Positions 1 to 8,129 of a DNA stretch of 20,388 bases are shown here, one piece after another. Source of the DNA: Deltaproteobacteria bacterium TL4. Its GTDB lineage: Bacteria > SAR324 > NAC60-12. The stretch is from NCBI GenBank assembly GCA_051382335.1, contig JBBCAX010000293.1, forward strand, positions 1-20,388. Reading direction: 5' to 3'. Numbering within the stretch: position 1 is the first letter of the stretch; each line of letters begins with the position of its first letter. Position numbers and translations under genes: made by a program. The notes below the pieces were generated by a model. That model saw only the letters and a program-made list of their open reading frames with translations, ran no database searches and was not told the DNA's origin.

Positions 1-126
1 TCTTAAAATTATCGCCTTATTTGGAGAAAGTGTTGCCAAATTTTATCAATTGGATGACTTGAATCAGCCTCTTCTCGAAAAATATGGCTAATTCATTTTT
101 CTTGTAAACACACTGCTCAATGTCAG
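1..126 (+). mobile_element. Probable 3' end of an IS1634-family element (transposase C-terminus plus right end)
   Basis: Frame 2 reads LKIIALFGESVAKFYQLDDLNQPLLEKYG* (stop 89-91), resembling the 'LKIL.LFG...KYY' C-terminus I associate with IS1634 transposases. It is followed by TGCTCAATGTCAG (114-126), similar to IS1634-type termini. Only the tail is in the window. Confidence 0.5.
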
Positions 127-139
127 CTCAAGACACAAT

Positions 140-244
140 TATAGTGTTTCAGAAAAGTATTTTGGGCTGGGAGCGCAGGCGTCCCGCCTGCTTTTGCGGG
201 CAGGATGCCCGCGTTCCCAGGAAAGGCTTACCTGAAAGTCTATA
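140..244. repeat. Nested palindromic (REP/MITE-like) element
   Basis: Inner GC-rich imperfect inverted repeat ctgggagcgcaggcgtcccgcctgc-tttt-gcgggcaggatgcccgcgttcccag (167-220). Outer inverted repeat tatagtgtttcagaaaag (140-157) / cttacctgaaagtctata (227-244) matches at 14/18 positions. Confidence 0.75.
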
Positions 245-379
245 GATGGATCAAAAGCCTTAGGTGTCGATCGAATAAGCAAAGCTATTTATGGCGGAAA
301 CCTGGAAAAAAACCTGACGGATCTGGTAGAACAGGTTCACAAGGAAAGCTATAGATCACTGCCAAAAAGGGAGGCTTAA
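245..379 (+). pseudogene. Fragment of a group II intron reverse transcriptase/maturase (RT0-RT1 region)
   Basis: Translates DGSKALGVDRISKAIYGGNLEKNLTDLVEQVHKESYRSLPKREA*, matching the conserved 'KA.GVDG.T...Y..NL..NL..L...L....Y.P.P.RR' N-terminal motif of intron-encoded RTs. No start codon, and the rest of the RT is missing. Confidence 0.8.
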
Positions 380-403
380 GATCCGACTGAAACGAAATTT
401 GAA

Positions 404-486
404 GAGCCGCGTGCGGGAAATTCGCATGCGGGGATCTGTGAGGGGTTCATCTTCTTCCATCGGAGAAGGGGATGAATCTACTCAAT
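404..486 (+). ncRNA. Group II intron domains V and VI with 3' splice end (remnant)
   Basis: GAGCCGCGTGCGGGAAATTCGCATGCGGGGATCTGTGAGGGG is DV-like (AGC triad, GAAA loop). It is followed by a DVI stem ggttcatcttcttcc-atc-ggagaaggggatgaatct with a bulged A, and ends ACTCAAT (AY terminus). Confidence 0.88.
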
Positions 487-527
487 AAGACACTTGTCCG
501 CGTCATCAAAACAGTTCAGGAGAGCTC

Positions 528-1166
528 ATGAGGGTTGTACGAAATCGGTTTGAACAATTAATTAAGTCCCGAGGCGTCAAGTTGGAAACCAGGCGTCAGA
601 TGATGATTGAATTGGAAGCGTTTGACAAACTGGCAAACTGGGCGATGGATCAGGGTATTTATGAAAAACAAATGTTTTATACTAAAGTCAGCGCTTGGAT
701 TAGAAAGCATAAATTGCCGAAGGTTGCCTTAAAACGGGACATTGAGGATGAAAAAAGATTCAAAGACATTGACGAATTGGTGAGGGAACGAAGAAACTCC
801 CAACAAGCGCGTCTGCAAAAGGTCGCGCCTTTACGTATGGAAGATGAAGCCTATCAAATTCTTCTCCGTTGGGGCTATAAACAGGGAGTGACCAGCCAGG
901 AAGAATTATCCTCTGCCTTTTCCTCCGCCGTGTTGAAAACAGTTCTTCCTGGAGGCAAAGAAGAAGAGTCTTCGTTACAAACGGATGAAAATGAAGACCT
1001 TTCCAGTTCAGAAGAGGCGGAATCAGGTGAGGAACCTCAAAAAACGCAAAAGCAAGCACCCCAGAAAAAAACCGCCTCCCAATCCAAGACCTCGAATAGA
1101 AAAAAAACTCAAAAACAGGATGATTTGAGTGAAGTTTACTCTTTAGAAAAGACAGAGGACGAATAA
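528..1166 (+). CDS. Hypothetical protein with basic helical N-terminal part and low-complexity acidic/Lys-Gln-rich disordered C-terminus
   Basis: 212-aa ORF with a good RBS (AGGAGA, 518-523) upstream of the ATG. No recognisable family motif. Confidence 0.75.
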   Translation: MRVVRNRFEQLIKSRGVKLETRRQMMIELEAFDKLANWAMDQGIYEKQMFYTKVSAWIRKHKLPKVALKRDIEDEKRFKDIDELVRERRNSQQARLQKVAPLRMEDEAYQILLRWGYKQGVTSQEELSSAFSSAVLKTVLPGGKEEESSLQTDENEDLSSSEEAESGEEPQKTQKQAPQKKTASQSKTSNRKKTQKQDDLSEVYSLEKTEDE

Positions 1167-1441
1167 TGAATCAGAATCATTCCGATCATGCCTAAGAAGA
1201 CCGTTTCGATCAATTTCTTAGACAGAGACAAACGGAATCCAAAAACCGTTGGCTCTGTCATCGTAAGTTCCGTCACTCTAAAGAAAGTGGAGCTAACTAA
1301 GCGTTGCAAATTTGGGGATTCACAGCGTCCCATTTCAGGCAAACTGGGGCACCTTTCTTTTTTACTGGACTTTTCATCCTTCAACTCGTTATTGCAAGAG
1401 TAGTCAACCATTAAATCGAGAAACGCCTGACTTCAAGGATT

Positions 1442-2344
1442 ATGAAATATCAATTTTCTATATTAAATACTTCAAAGGGGTATTTTTTTAAAAATTTTAC
1501 TTATCCGGTTTACCAGTCCGTCTTAATGCGGACAGATCTTGGTGAACCTCAGACCCCTGTTCTGGCGATAGGAGTGCTGGATAAAAACAAACCGATCGGT
1601 TTGACGATTGCGAATATTGACAAAAATGAAAAAAAAGCGGATCTTCTTTCCGTTTTTGTTGAAAAGGCTTATAGACGGCAAGGGCTTGCGACACAACTCA
1701 TTGAGGCTGTGGAAAAGGCCTTAAAAGAAAAAGGCTGTGAGCAATTTCGTGCGGATTATGAAACAGGAAGACCGATCACGTCAACCTTGGAAGGATTGTT
1801 GGGAAAAACCGGTTTTCCTAAAGCTAAGGCTCTCGCCTTAATCGGCCGGTGCCATGATATTCGTAAAACCAATATCCCATGGGTTGAAAAAATCAGAGTT
1901 CCCTCAGCGTTTGAAATATTTCCCTGGACTGAGCTAAAACCGGAAGACAAAGAAAAGCTTGAGCGCCATAAAGGGGATCTCCTGTGGTACTCTGAAACCT
2001 TGTCACCGTTTCGGGATTCAGCGATTTTTGAACCTTTGACCAGCGTCGGGTTACGTCACAGACAGGAAGTGGTTGGATGGCATATTACTCATAGGATTGC
2101 ACGGGATACCATTCGTTATACCGCCGTTTTTGTCAGGAAAGATCTTCAACCCTTTGGACTGATTTTCCCGTTGCTGGGGACCTCAATTCGTTTGCAAATT
2201 GAAAATAAGGATGAATTCTTAAAAAAAATTACCTTTATGGTTTTTGTGGAAAATGAAGGGATGTCAACCTTCATGAAAAAAAGAATGAAACCACACCTTG
2301 ACGAATTGAACGAATCTATGCAATCAATAAAAATAATTGGGTAG
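1442..2344 (+). CDS. GNAT-family acyltransferase, tandem GNAT-like domains (type associated with NHLP/Nif11 RiPP clusters)
   Basis: Motif A LSVFVEKAYRRQGLATQL in the N-terminal domain. A second, degenerate GNAT-like domain reads VVGWHITHRIARDTIRYTAVFVRKDLQPFG. RBS AAGGA precedes the ATG. Confidence 0.88.
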   Translation: MKYQFSILNTSKGYFFKNFTYPVYQSVLMRTDLGEPQTPVLAIGVLDKNKPIGLTIANIDKNEKKADLLSVFVEKAYRRQGLATQLIEAVEKALKEKGCEQFRADYETGRPITSTLEGLLGKTGFPKAKALALIGRCHDIRKTNIPWVEKIRVPSAFEIFPWTELKPEDKEKLERHKGDLLWYSETLSPFRDSAIFEPLTSVGLRHRQEVVGWHITHRIARDTIRYTAVFVRKDLQPFGLIFPLLGTSIRLQIENKDEFLKKITFMVFVENEGMSTFMKKRMKPHLDELNESMQSIKIIG

Positions 2345-2416
2345 AACTCGTGAGGAGTGAGCGTCTGTTTCTCACCTCTGTTGAGGATAAAATTTCAATG
2401 TGGAAGATAGGAAAAA

Positions 2417-2659
2417 ATGGAACAATTACAAGAAGAAATTAAAGCAATATTAGCAAGTTTGTTTGGCGTTTCTGCAGACGAAATTACTCCAGATGCTAAT
2501 TTCGTTGATGATTTAGGCGCAGATTCGATGGATGCGCTGGAAATCATAATGCGTATGGAAGACAAATATCAGATTACGGTAGATCAGGGGTGTTTGCCAG
2601 AAATGACCAATTTACGCAAAGTGACGACCTTGGTTCAATCGCTTTTGCAGGCAAAATAA
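2417..2659 (+). CDS. Stand-alone acyl carrier protein
   Basis: 80 aa, acidic, with the phosphopantetheinylation motif FVDDLGADSMDALEIIMRMEDKY. RBS AGGA. Confidence 0.93.
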   Translation: MEQLQEEIKAILASLFGVSADEITPDANFVDDLGADSMDALEIIMRMEDKYQITVDQGCLPEMTNLRKVTTLVQSLLQAK

Positions 2660-2678
2660 TACAACTTTTACCGAGACC

Positions 2679-4406
2679 ATGTTTGTGAAGAATCTACAAC
2701 AAAAAATACCGTCTACATTATTGTGTCTTTCCTTGGGTTTCCTCTTGAGCGTTTTTTTCGTGTTCATCGCGTCGCCTTCAATGGCACAGGATGATTTTGA
2801 AGAGGACGTAGAGAGCGTTGACACGGGCAGGGGGTTGAGTATTCTGGACTCGATTCAATTAGCCTTGTCGAGAAATCCGAATATCCAGATGCAAGAATTG
2901 CAAATTCAAGTAGTCAGGGGGCACATTCAACAAGCCAAAGGAATCTTTGATCTGACGTTTAATTCATCGGTGAGTCAGGGCTCCGCATATACGCCCCTAT
3001 TATCGGAAACACGCGATCAATTGCAAAAGCAGGAAGATGAACAAAAACAATTTCAATTGCTTTTCAAGGAATCAGGGCCGCCATTTTCAACAATTGCGTC
3101 TTATTTTTTTACCGATGAGGCTTCCAGTCAAAAAATACGAAACGCGGCGGTAACCCATACGAGGACTTTCAGTTTCAGTAGTGAGAAACGTTTTGAAACA
3201 GGCATCCTTTTCAGTCCCGTGCTCGAAGTCACTCAAGTTGAACAGCAAGCCTTTAATCCGAAAGATGATCCTGACCCCTTGAGTCAAGGGACTCTTTCCT
3301 TTGTGTTTCGCATCCCGGTACTTCAAGGGTGGGGAAGTGATGTAAATGGAATAGGGGTAAAGAGCGCTGAAAGCTCAGAGAGATCCAGTATCTTTGATCT
3401 TCAACATACGAACAGTGAAGCGATTCTTCAGACGGCTATCGCTTATTGGGATTATTGTGCCGCCCAAAAGATCTTGGAAATTCAGAAGGAGTCCAAAGAT
3501 CAGGCCGATTTGTTTTTGGAGCAGCTCAAGATCCTGGTCAAAGAAGGAGAACGTCCTAAAACGGATTTAAAACAACTGACGGCAAACCTTGCGGATAAAC
3601 TCACGAATGTGATTGCGGCAGAACAACAATTGCTCGATTCCAGACAGCAATTGGGAATTACGATCGGACTTCCTTTCAAACAAATAAGCACCTTGCCGCC
3701 TACAACGGATACTTTTCCTGAGGTTCCTGAGGATCTCAATCTTGATCAGCAAATCTATATCGACTATGCCTTGAAAAGACGTGCGGATTTGAAAGCCTTA
3801 AGGGAACGTAAGCACTCCTCGGAATTGATAAAAGTGGCCGCGCAGAAAAATGTCAAACCGCAATTGGACACCACGGTTAGCTTTGGCGCCATTGGTATTA
3901 CAAAAGGAAATGGAACCGGGGACATTATCAATTCTGTCTTGAATAATCAAGCAGGGCCTAATGTCCTGGGTACGGTTTCCTTTCGTTGGCCTATTGCCAA
4001 TAATACAGCTTATGGAATGCTGGAAAGCGCAACGGCTTCCTATCAACAAGCGGCAATTTCCATACGTCATCTGAAGCGAACCATTCGCTCCGGTGTGGTT
4101 CGCCGAATATCGGGCTTACTCAGTACCATTAAAAAATATCGGCAATCGGAGTTTGCTGTCGCGCAAAACCGTGAGGCGGTGGAGATTGAGCGAGAAAAAT
4201 TAAAACTGGGCTTCTCGACTACTTTAAACGTTACGGTGGCACAGGATCGACTGACTTCCGCGTTAATGGGATTTATTTCCATTCAAAGAGAGTATGCGCT
4301 TTCTCTACTGTTACTGCGTTATGAAACCGCAACCCTGGTAGATCTTGCGGATGATCGATACATCATCAACAGGGAGCATATGTTTTCGGTTCCTTTCGTT
4401 GAATAA
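2679..4406 (+). CDS. TolC-family outer membrane efflux protein
   Basis: Signal peptide ending ASPSMA-Q. OEP repeat motifs LSILDSIQLALSRNPNI, AIAYWDY, ALKRRADL, PQLD, EREKLKLGFST. Confidence 0.9.
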   Translation: MFVKNLQQKIPSTLLCLSLGFLLSVFFVFIASPSMAQDDFEEDVESVDTGRGLSILDSIQLALSRNPNIQMQELQIQVVRGHIQQAKGIFDLTFNSSVSQGSAYTPLLSETRDQLQKQEDEQKQFQLLFKESGPPFSTIASYFFTDEASSQKIRNAAVTHTRTFSFSSEKRFETGILFSPVLEVTQVEQQAFNPKDDPDPLSQGTLSFVFRIPVLQGWGSDVNGIGVKSAESSERSSIFDLQHTNSEAILQTAIAYWDYCAAQKILEIQKESKDQADLFLEQLKILVKEGERPKTDLKQLTANLADKLTNVIAAEQQLLDSRQQLGITIGLPFKQISTLPPTTDTFPEVPEDLNLDQQIYIDYALKRRADLKALRERKHSSELIKVAAQKNVKPQLDTTVSFGAIGITKGNGTGDIINSVLNNQAGPNVLGTVSFRWPIANNTAYGMLESATASYQQAAISIRHLKRTIRSGVVRRISGLLSTIKKYRQSEFAVAQNREAVEIEREKLKLGFSTTLNVTVAQDRLTSALMGFISIQREYALSLLLLRYETATLVDLADDRYIINREHMFSVPFVE

Positions 4407-4510
4407 ATGCATCCTTAAAAACTAAGGTTAATGTCTTTAAATCAGGACCGAGTTAATACCTCCATTCTATTCGTTTTTTTTCAATTTTTGTGTTTTTGTA
4501 AAGTGATATT

Positions 4511-5767
4511 ATGCGGCAACATATTTTTAGAAAAACATCGCTAGAACGTTTGTCCTCACCTGAACAACTGGATCAGTTGATGCAGATCACAACGCCTAAA
4601 GGCTGGTTCTCTTTGATTGCCTTAAGTTCCTTGCTGTTTGTGACGATCCTCTGGGGGATCTTTGGCATGATTCCAACTAAAGTTAACGGACAAGGTATTT
4701 TGATTAAAAAGGGAGGTATCTTGAATATTGTCTCAATGAGCAGTGGGCAAATTTCGGATATCGCGGTAGTTGTGGGAGATCTTGTGGACAAAGGTCAAAC
4801 GGTTGCCAGAATTTCACAACCCTCCATTGTGGATCAACTTCGTAGTGAAAGAGCTCGTTTACAGGATCTGCAAAGTCAAGAAACCAGTATCCTCAGCACT
4901 AGTGCGAAAAGTGTACAGAAAAGTTACGAGGTCTTGGATCAACAAAAAGCAAACCTCACTAACAGTATTGAGATTGCAGAAAAAAACATAAAGTCCTTGC
5001 AAGAAAAAATTCAAGGACAAACACGGCTTTTGACGAAAGGCCTGATCACCAAACAGCAATTGGAAAACACCAAACAGGAATTCTTTGCGACACAACAACA
5101 AATCGAACAGCAAAAAAATCAGATTAACGAAATTGAAGTTCAAAAATTGAAATTAGGAGGCAGCAAAGAACAAGAACGGCGTAATCTCGTGATTCAAATG
5201 AATGAAGTCAAAAGAACCGTTGAGATCCTGGAGGACCGCTTAGTGCTCAACAGTCGCGTGGTGAGTCCCCATCGAGGAAGAATCATAGAAATACGAGCAG
5301 ACGAGGGAAGCATTGTTGGAACAGGTGCCCCCATTTTAAGCTTGGAGCGAATCAGCAAGGAAGAGGCCTTAACCGCGGTGATTTATGTGCCTCCTACTGA
5401 AGGGAAAAAAGTCCGCATGGGGATGAATGTCGGGATCTCTCCCTCAACGATAAAAAGGGAAGAGTTTGGTGTTATGAAAGGGAAGGTGACTTATGTTTCA
5501 AAATTTCCATCCACATCCGAAGGGATGATGAATGTGATCAAAAACCATGAATTAGTCCAGAGTTTATCAAGGGGGGGAGCTCCTATTGAAGTTCATGTAG
5601 ATTTACTTCCCGACGAAACAACCTCGAGTGGGTATCAATGGACTTCATCCAAAGGCCCCTCAACCAAGATCTTTAGTGGAACTATTTCGACCGCCTCTAT
5701 TGTGGTAAGCGAACAACGTCCTATCGGATTGGTTATTCCTTACCTCAAAAGTGTTGTGGGTTTTTAA
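4511..5767 (+). CDS. NHLM bacteriocin system secretion protein (HlyD-family membrane fusion protein)
   Basis: Diagnostic N-terminus IFRKTSLERLSSPEQLDQLMQIT, one TM helix, a coiled coil, and C-terminal SGYQWTSSKGP...RPIGLVIP. Confidence 0.95.
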   Translation: MRQHIFRKTSLERLSSPEQLDQLMQITTPKGWFSLIALSSLLFVTILWGIFGMIPTKVNGQGILIKKGGILNIVSMSSGQISDIAVVVGDLVDKGQTVARISQPSIVDQLRSERARLQDLQSQETSILSTSAKSVQKSYEVLDQQKANLTNSIEIAEKNIKSLQEKIQGQTRLLTKGLITKQQLENTKQEFFATQQQIEQQKNQINEIEVQKLKLGGSKEQERRNLVIQMNEVKRTVEILEDRLVLNSRVVSPHRGRIIEIRADEGSIVGTGAPILSLERISKEEALTAVIYVPPTEGKKVRMGMNVGISPSTIKREEFGVMKGKVTYVSKFPSTSEGMMNVIKNHELVQSLSRGGAPIEVHVDLLPDETTSSGYQWTSSKGPSTKIFSGTISTASIVVSEQRPIGLVIPYLKSVVGF

Positions 5768-5803
5768 AAAGTTATATTTTGTGGCAGTTTACCTATAAAT
5801 CCT

Positions 5804-8071
5804 ATGAAACCGATTGAAAATATTAAAACAAAAGTCGCTGTCAAAGCCAAAAAAGGTCCACTAGGGAAATGGTTAGAGCGCACCTTCCAATTGAGTCGTC
5901 TCAAAACACCTACGGTCTTGCAAATGGAGGCTGTCGAATGTGGTGCCGCATCCTTGGCTATTATTCTGGGATATCATGGGAAGATTGTGCCCTTGGAAGA
6001 ACTGCGAATTGAATGCGGTGTGTCCAGAGATGGCAGCCGTGCTGATAACGTTTTAAAAGCGGCGCGTAAATATGGACTCATTGCCAAGGGGTACAAACAT
6101 GAGCCTGAGGATTTGATTCAGTTCCCTTTGCCGCTGATTGTGTTTTGGAATTTCAATCACTTTGTCGTTGTTGAAGGTTTTGCGGAAGGCCGAGTTTATT
6201 TGAATGATCCCGCCTCAGGACCAAGAGTTGTCACGTTTACAGAATTTGACGAATCCTTTACCGGGGTTGCTCTTGTTTTTGAAAAAGGTGAAAATTTCAA
6301 GACTGGTGGCGAAAAGAACAACCTCCTTGCCGCATTAAGAAAACGCCTTAAAGGTTCGGAATCCGCACTGACTTTTGTGGTTTGGGCTGGACTGGCTTTG
6401 GTCATTCCAGGCTTGGTCATTCCCATTTTTACCAAAGTCTTTGTTGATGAAATTTTGATTGGCGGATTGAATGACTGGTTGAAACCGCTACTCTTTGGCA
6501 TGACGCTTACCGCCATTCTGCGTGCTGGCTTTATGTGGCTGCAATCCTATTATCTGTTACGTTTTCAGACCAAACTGGCCTTAAGTTCTTCAAGTCAATT
6601 TTTTTGGCATGTCCTTCGTCTGCCCATTGAATTTTTTCAGCAACGATTCGCCGGAGAGATAGGGTCACGAGTTGCCATTAACAACAAGGTTGCGGGGGTT
6701 GTCTCCGGTCAATTTGCCTCAACCATACTGAATGTGATCATGATTGTCTTCTTTTTCATTCTGATGCTGGAGTATGATGTTTCGATGACGCTTTTGGGCG
6801 TTGTGGTCGCGTTGATCAACATGGGATGTTTGAAATATGTCTCTCGTATTCGCATTGATGCCAGTCGCAAATTACTTCAGGATCAGGGGAAACTCACCGG
6901 GATTTCAATGGCGGGATTGAGTAATATTGAAACGATCAAAGCGACGGGAGGCGAGTCTGATTTTTTTTCGATGTGGGCTGGATATTATGCCAAGGTTATC
7001 AACGGGGATCAAAAACTGGGAATTGCTTCGGTGTATTTATCAGCAGTTCCGCCTTTACTCTCAGGACTGAATAATGTCACCATTCTGATGATGGGCGGGT
7101 TTTTGGTAATGGATGGGAAAATGAGCATTGGAATGCTCGTGGCGTTTCAAAGTCTCATGTCCAGCTTTATCGGTCCTGTCAATAGTCTGGTTGGTTTAGG
7201 CAGTATGCTGCAAGAGTTGGAAGGCGATATGAACCGCTTGGATGACGTCTGGCGTTATGAGCAAGATCCTCAATTTAAACATGATATTAAAATACATGAG
7301 GTCAAAGAAATAGGACGTGAAGGGAACTCCGAGGGGGACATCCATCGTCTTACGGGACATGTGGATATCCGCGGATTGTATTTTGGCTATTCCAAGATGG
7401 GGGAGCCCTTAATCAAAGATTTTAATCTGTCCCTTGATCCCGGAAGCCGAGTAGCGTTGGTGGGTCCGTCTGGATGCGGAAAATCTACCATCGCGAAGAT
7501 CGTCGCGGGACTTTATACTCCGTGGGAGGGAAACATTTATTTCGATTCAAAGAAAAGAGAAGAAATTCCCAATGCGGTCTTAAGAAATTCAATTGCGATG
7601 GTGGATCAGGATATTTTCATGTTTGAAGGAACTATCTATGAAAACCTGACGATGTGGAATAAAACAATTCCTGAATTTCATATCCATCAAGCCGCAAAAG
7701 ATGTAGGGATTCATCAATTGATCTCAACACGCTCTCACGGATATGAAAGTCCCATTGAAGGCATCGGGCATAATTTTAGCGGAGGGCAGCGTCAATTACT
7801 GGAAATTGCCAGATCTCTTGTGATTAACCCCAATATTTTAATCTTAGACGAAGCCACAAGTGCCTTGGATCCAAAGACCGAAAAGTTTGTTGATGATAAT
7901 TTAAGACGACGGGGTTGTACCTGTTTGATTGTGGCTCATCGCTTGAGTACCATTAGAGATTGCGATGAAATACTCATCCTTCGTGGCGGGAAAGTGGTTC
8001 AAAGAGGAACTCATGAAGAAATGATAAAAGATAAAGCCAGTCCTTATGCACAACTGATTCAAGCGGAATAA
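5804..8071 (+). CDS. NHLM bacteriocin system ABC transporter, C39 peptidase/ATP-binding subunit
   Basis: KTPTVLQMEAVECGAASL (catalytic Cys), FWNFNHFVV (His), YLNDPA (Asp), a TM domain, Walker A GPSGCGKS, signature FSGGQRQ, Walker B ILDEATSALD. Confidence 0.96.
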   Translation: MKPIENIKTKVAVKAKKGPLGKWLERTFQLSRLKTPTVLQMEAVECGAASLAIILGYHGKIVPLEELRIECGVSRDGSRADNVLKAARKYGLIAKGYKHEPEDLIQFPLPLIVFWNFNHFVVVEGFAEGRVYLNDPASGPRVVTFTEFDESFTGVALVFEKGENFKTGGEKNNLLAALRKRLKGSESALTFVVWAGLALVIPGLVIPIFTKVFVDEILIGGLNDWLKPLLFGMTLTAILRAGFMWLQSYYLLRFQTKLALSSSSQFFWHVLRLPIEFFQQRFAGEIGSRVAINNKVAGVVSGQFASTILNVIMIVFFFILMLEYDVSMTLLGVVVALINMGCLKYVSRIRIDASRKLLQDQGKLTGISMAGLSNIETIKATGGESDFFSMWAGYYAKVINGDQKLGIASVYLSAVPPLLSGLNNVTILMMGGFLVMDGKMSIGMLVAFQSLMSSFIGPVNSLVGLGSMLQELEGDMNRLDDVWRYEQDPQFKHDIKIHEVKEIGREGNSEGDIHRLTGHVDIRGLYFGYSKMGEPLIKDFNLSLDPGSRVALVGPSGCGKSTIAKIVAGLYTPWEGNIYFDSKKREEIPNAVLRNSIAMVDQDIFMFEGTIYENLTMWNKTIPEFHIHQAAKDVGIHQLISTRSHGYESPIEGIGHNFSGGQRQLLEIARSLVINPNILILDEATSALDPKTEKFVDDNLRRRGCTCLIVAHRLSTIRDCDEILILRGGKVVQRGTHEEMIKDKASPYAQLIQAE

Positions 8072-8129
8072 ACGATATCCTCATAATTGTTAAAATCTGA
8101 TTTTAAAACCATTTTTGATAAAGATTGTC

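Noticed and set aside
130..493. AAGACAC at 130-136 and 487-493 as a target-site duplication
   Set aside because: Only 7 bp, group II introns do not create duplications, and the positions do not bracket a single element.
900..956. EELSSAFSSAVLKTVLPGG in the 212-aa protein as a double-glycine cleavage site
   Set aside because: The spacing does not fit ELSxxELxxVxGG and the upstream region is not NHLP/Nif11-like. GG in a linker is likely chance, though cheap to test.
1188..1403. 71-aa ORF upstream of the GNAT as a RiPP precursor
   Set aside because: No NHLP/Nif11 leader features, no double-Gly motif, no clear RBS; probably spurious.
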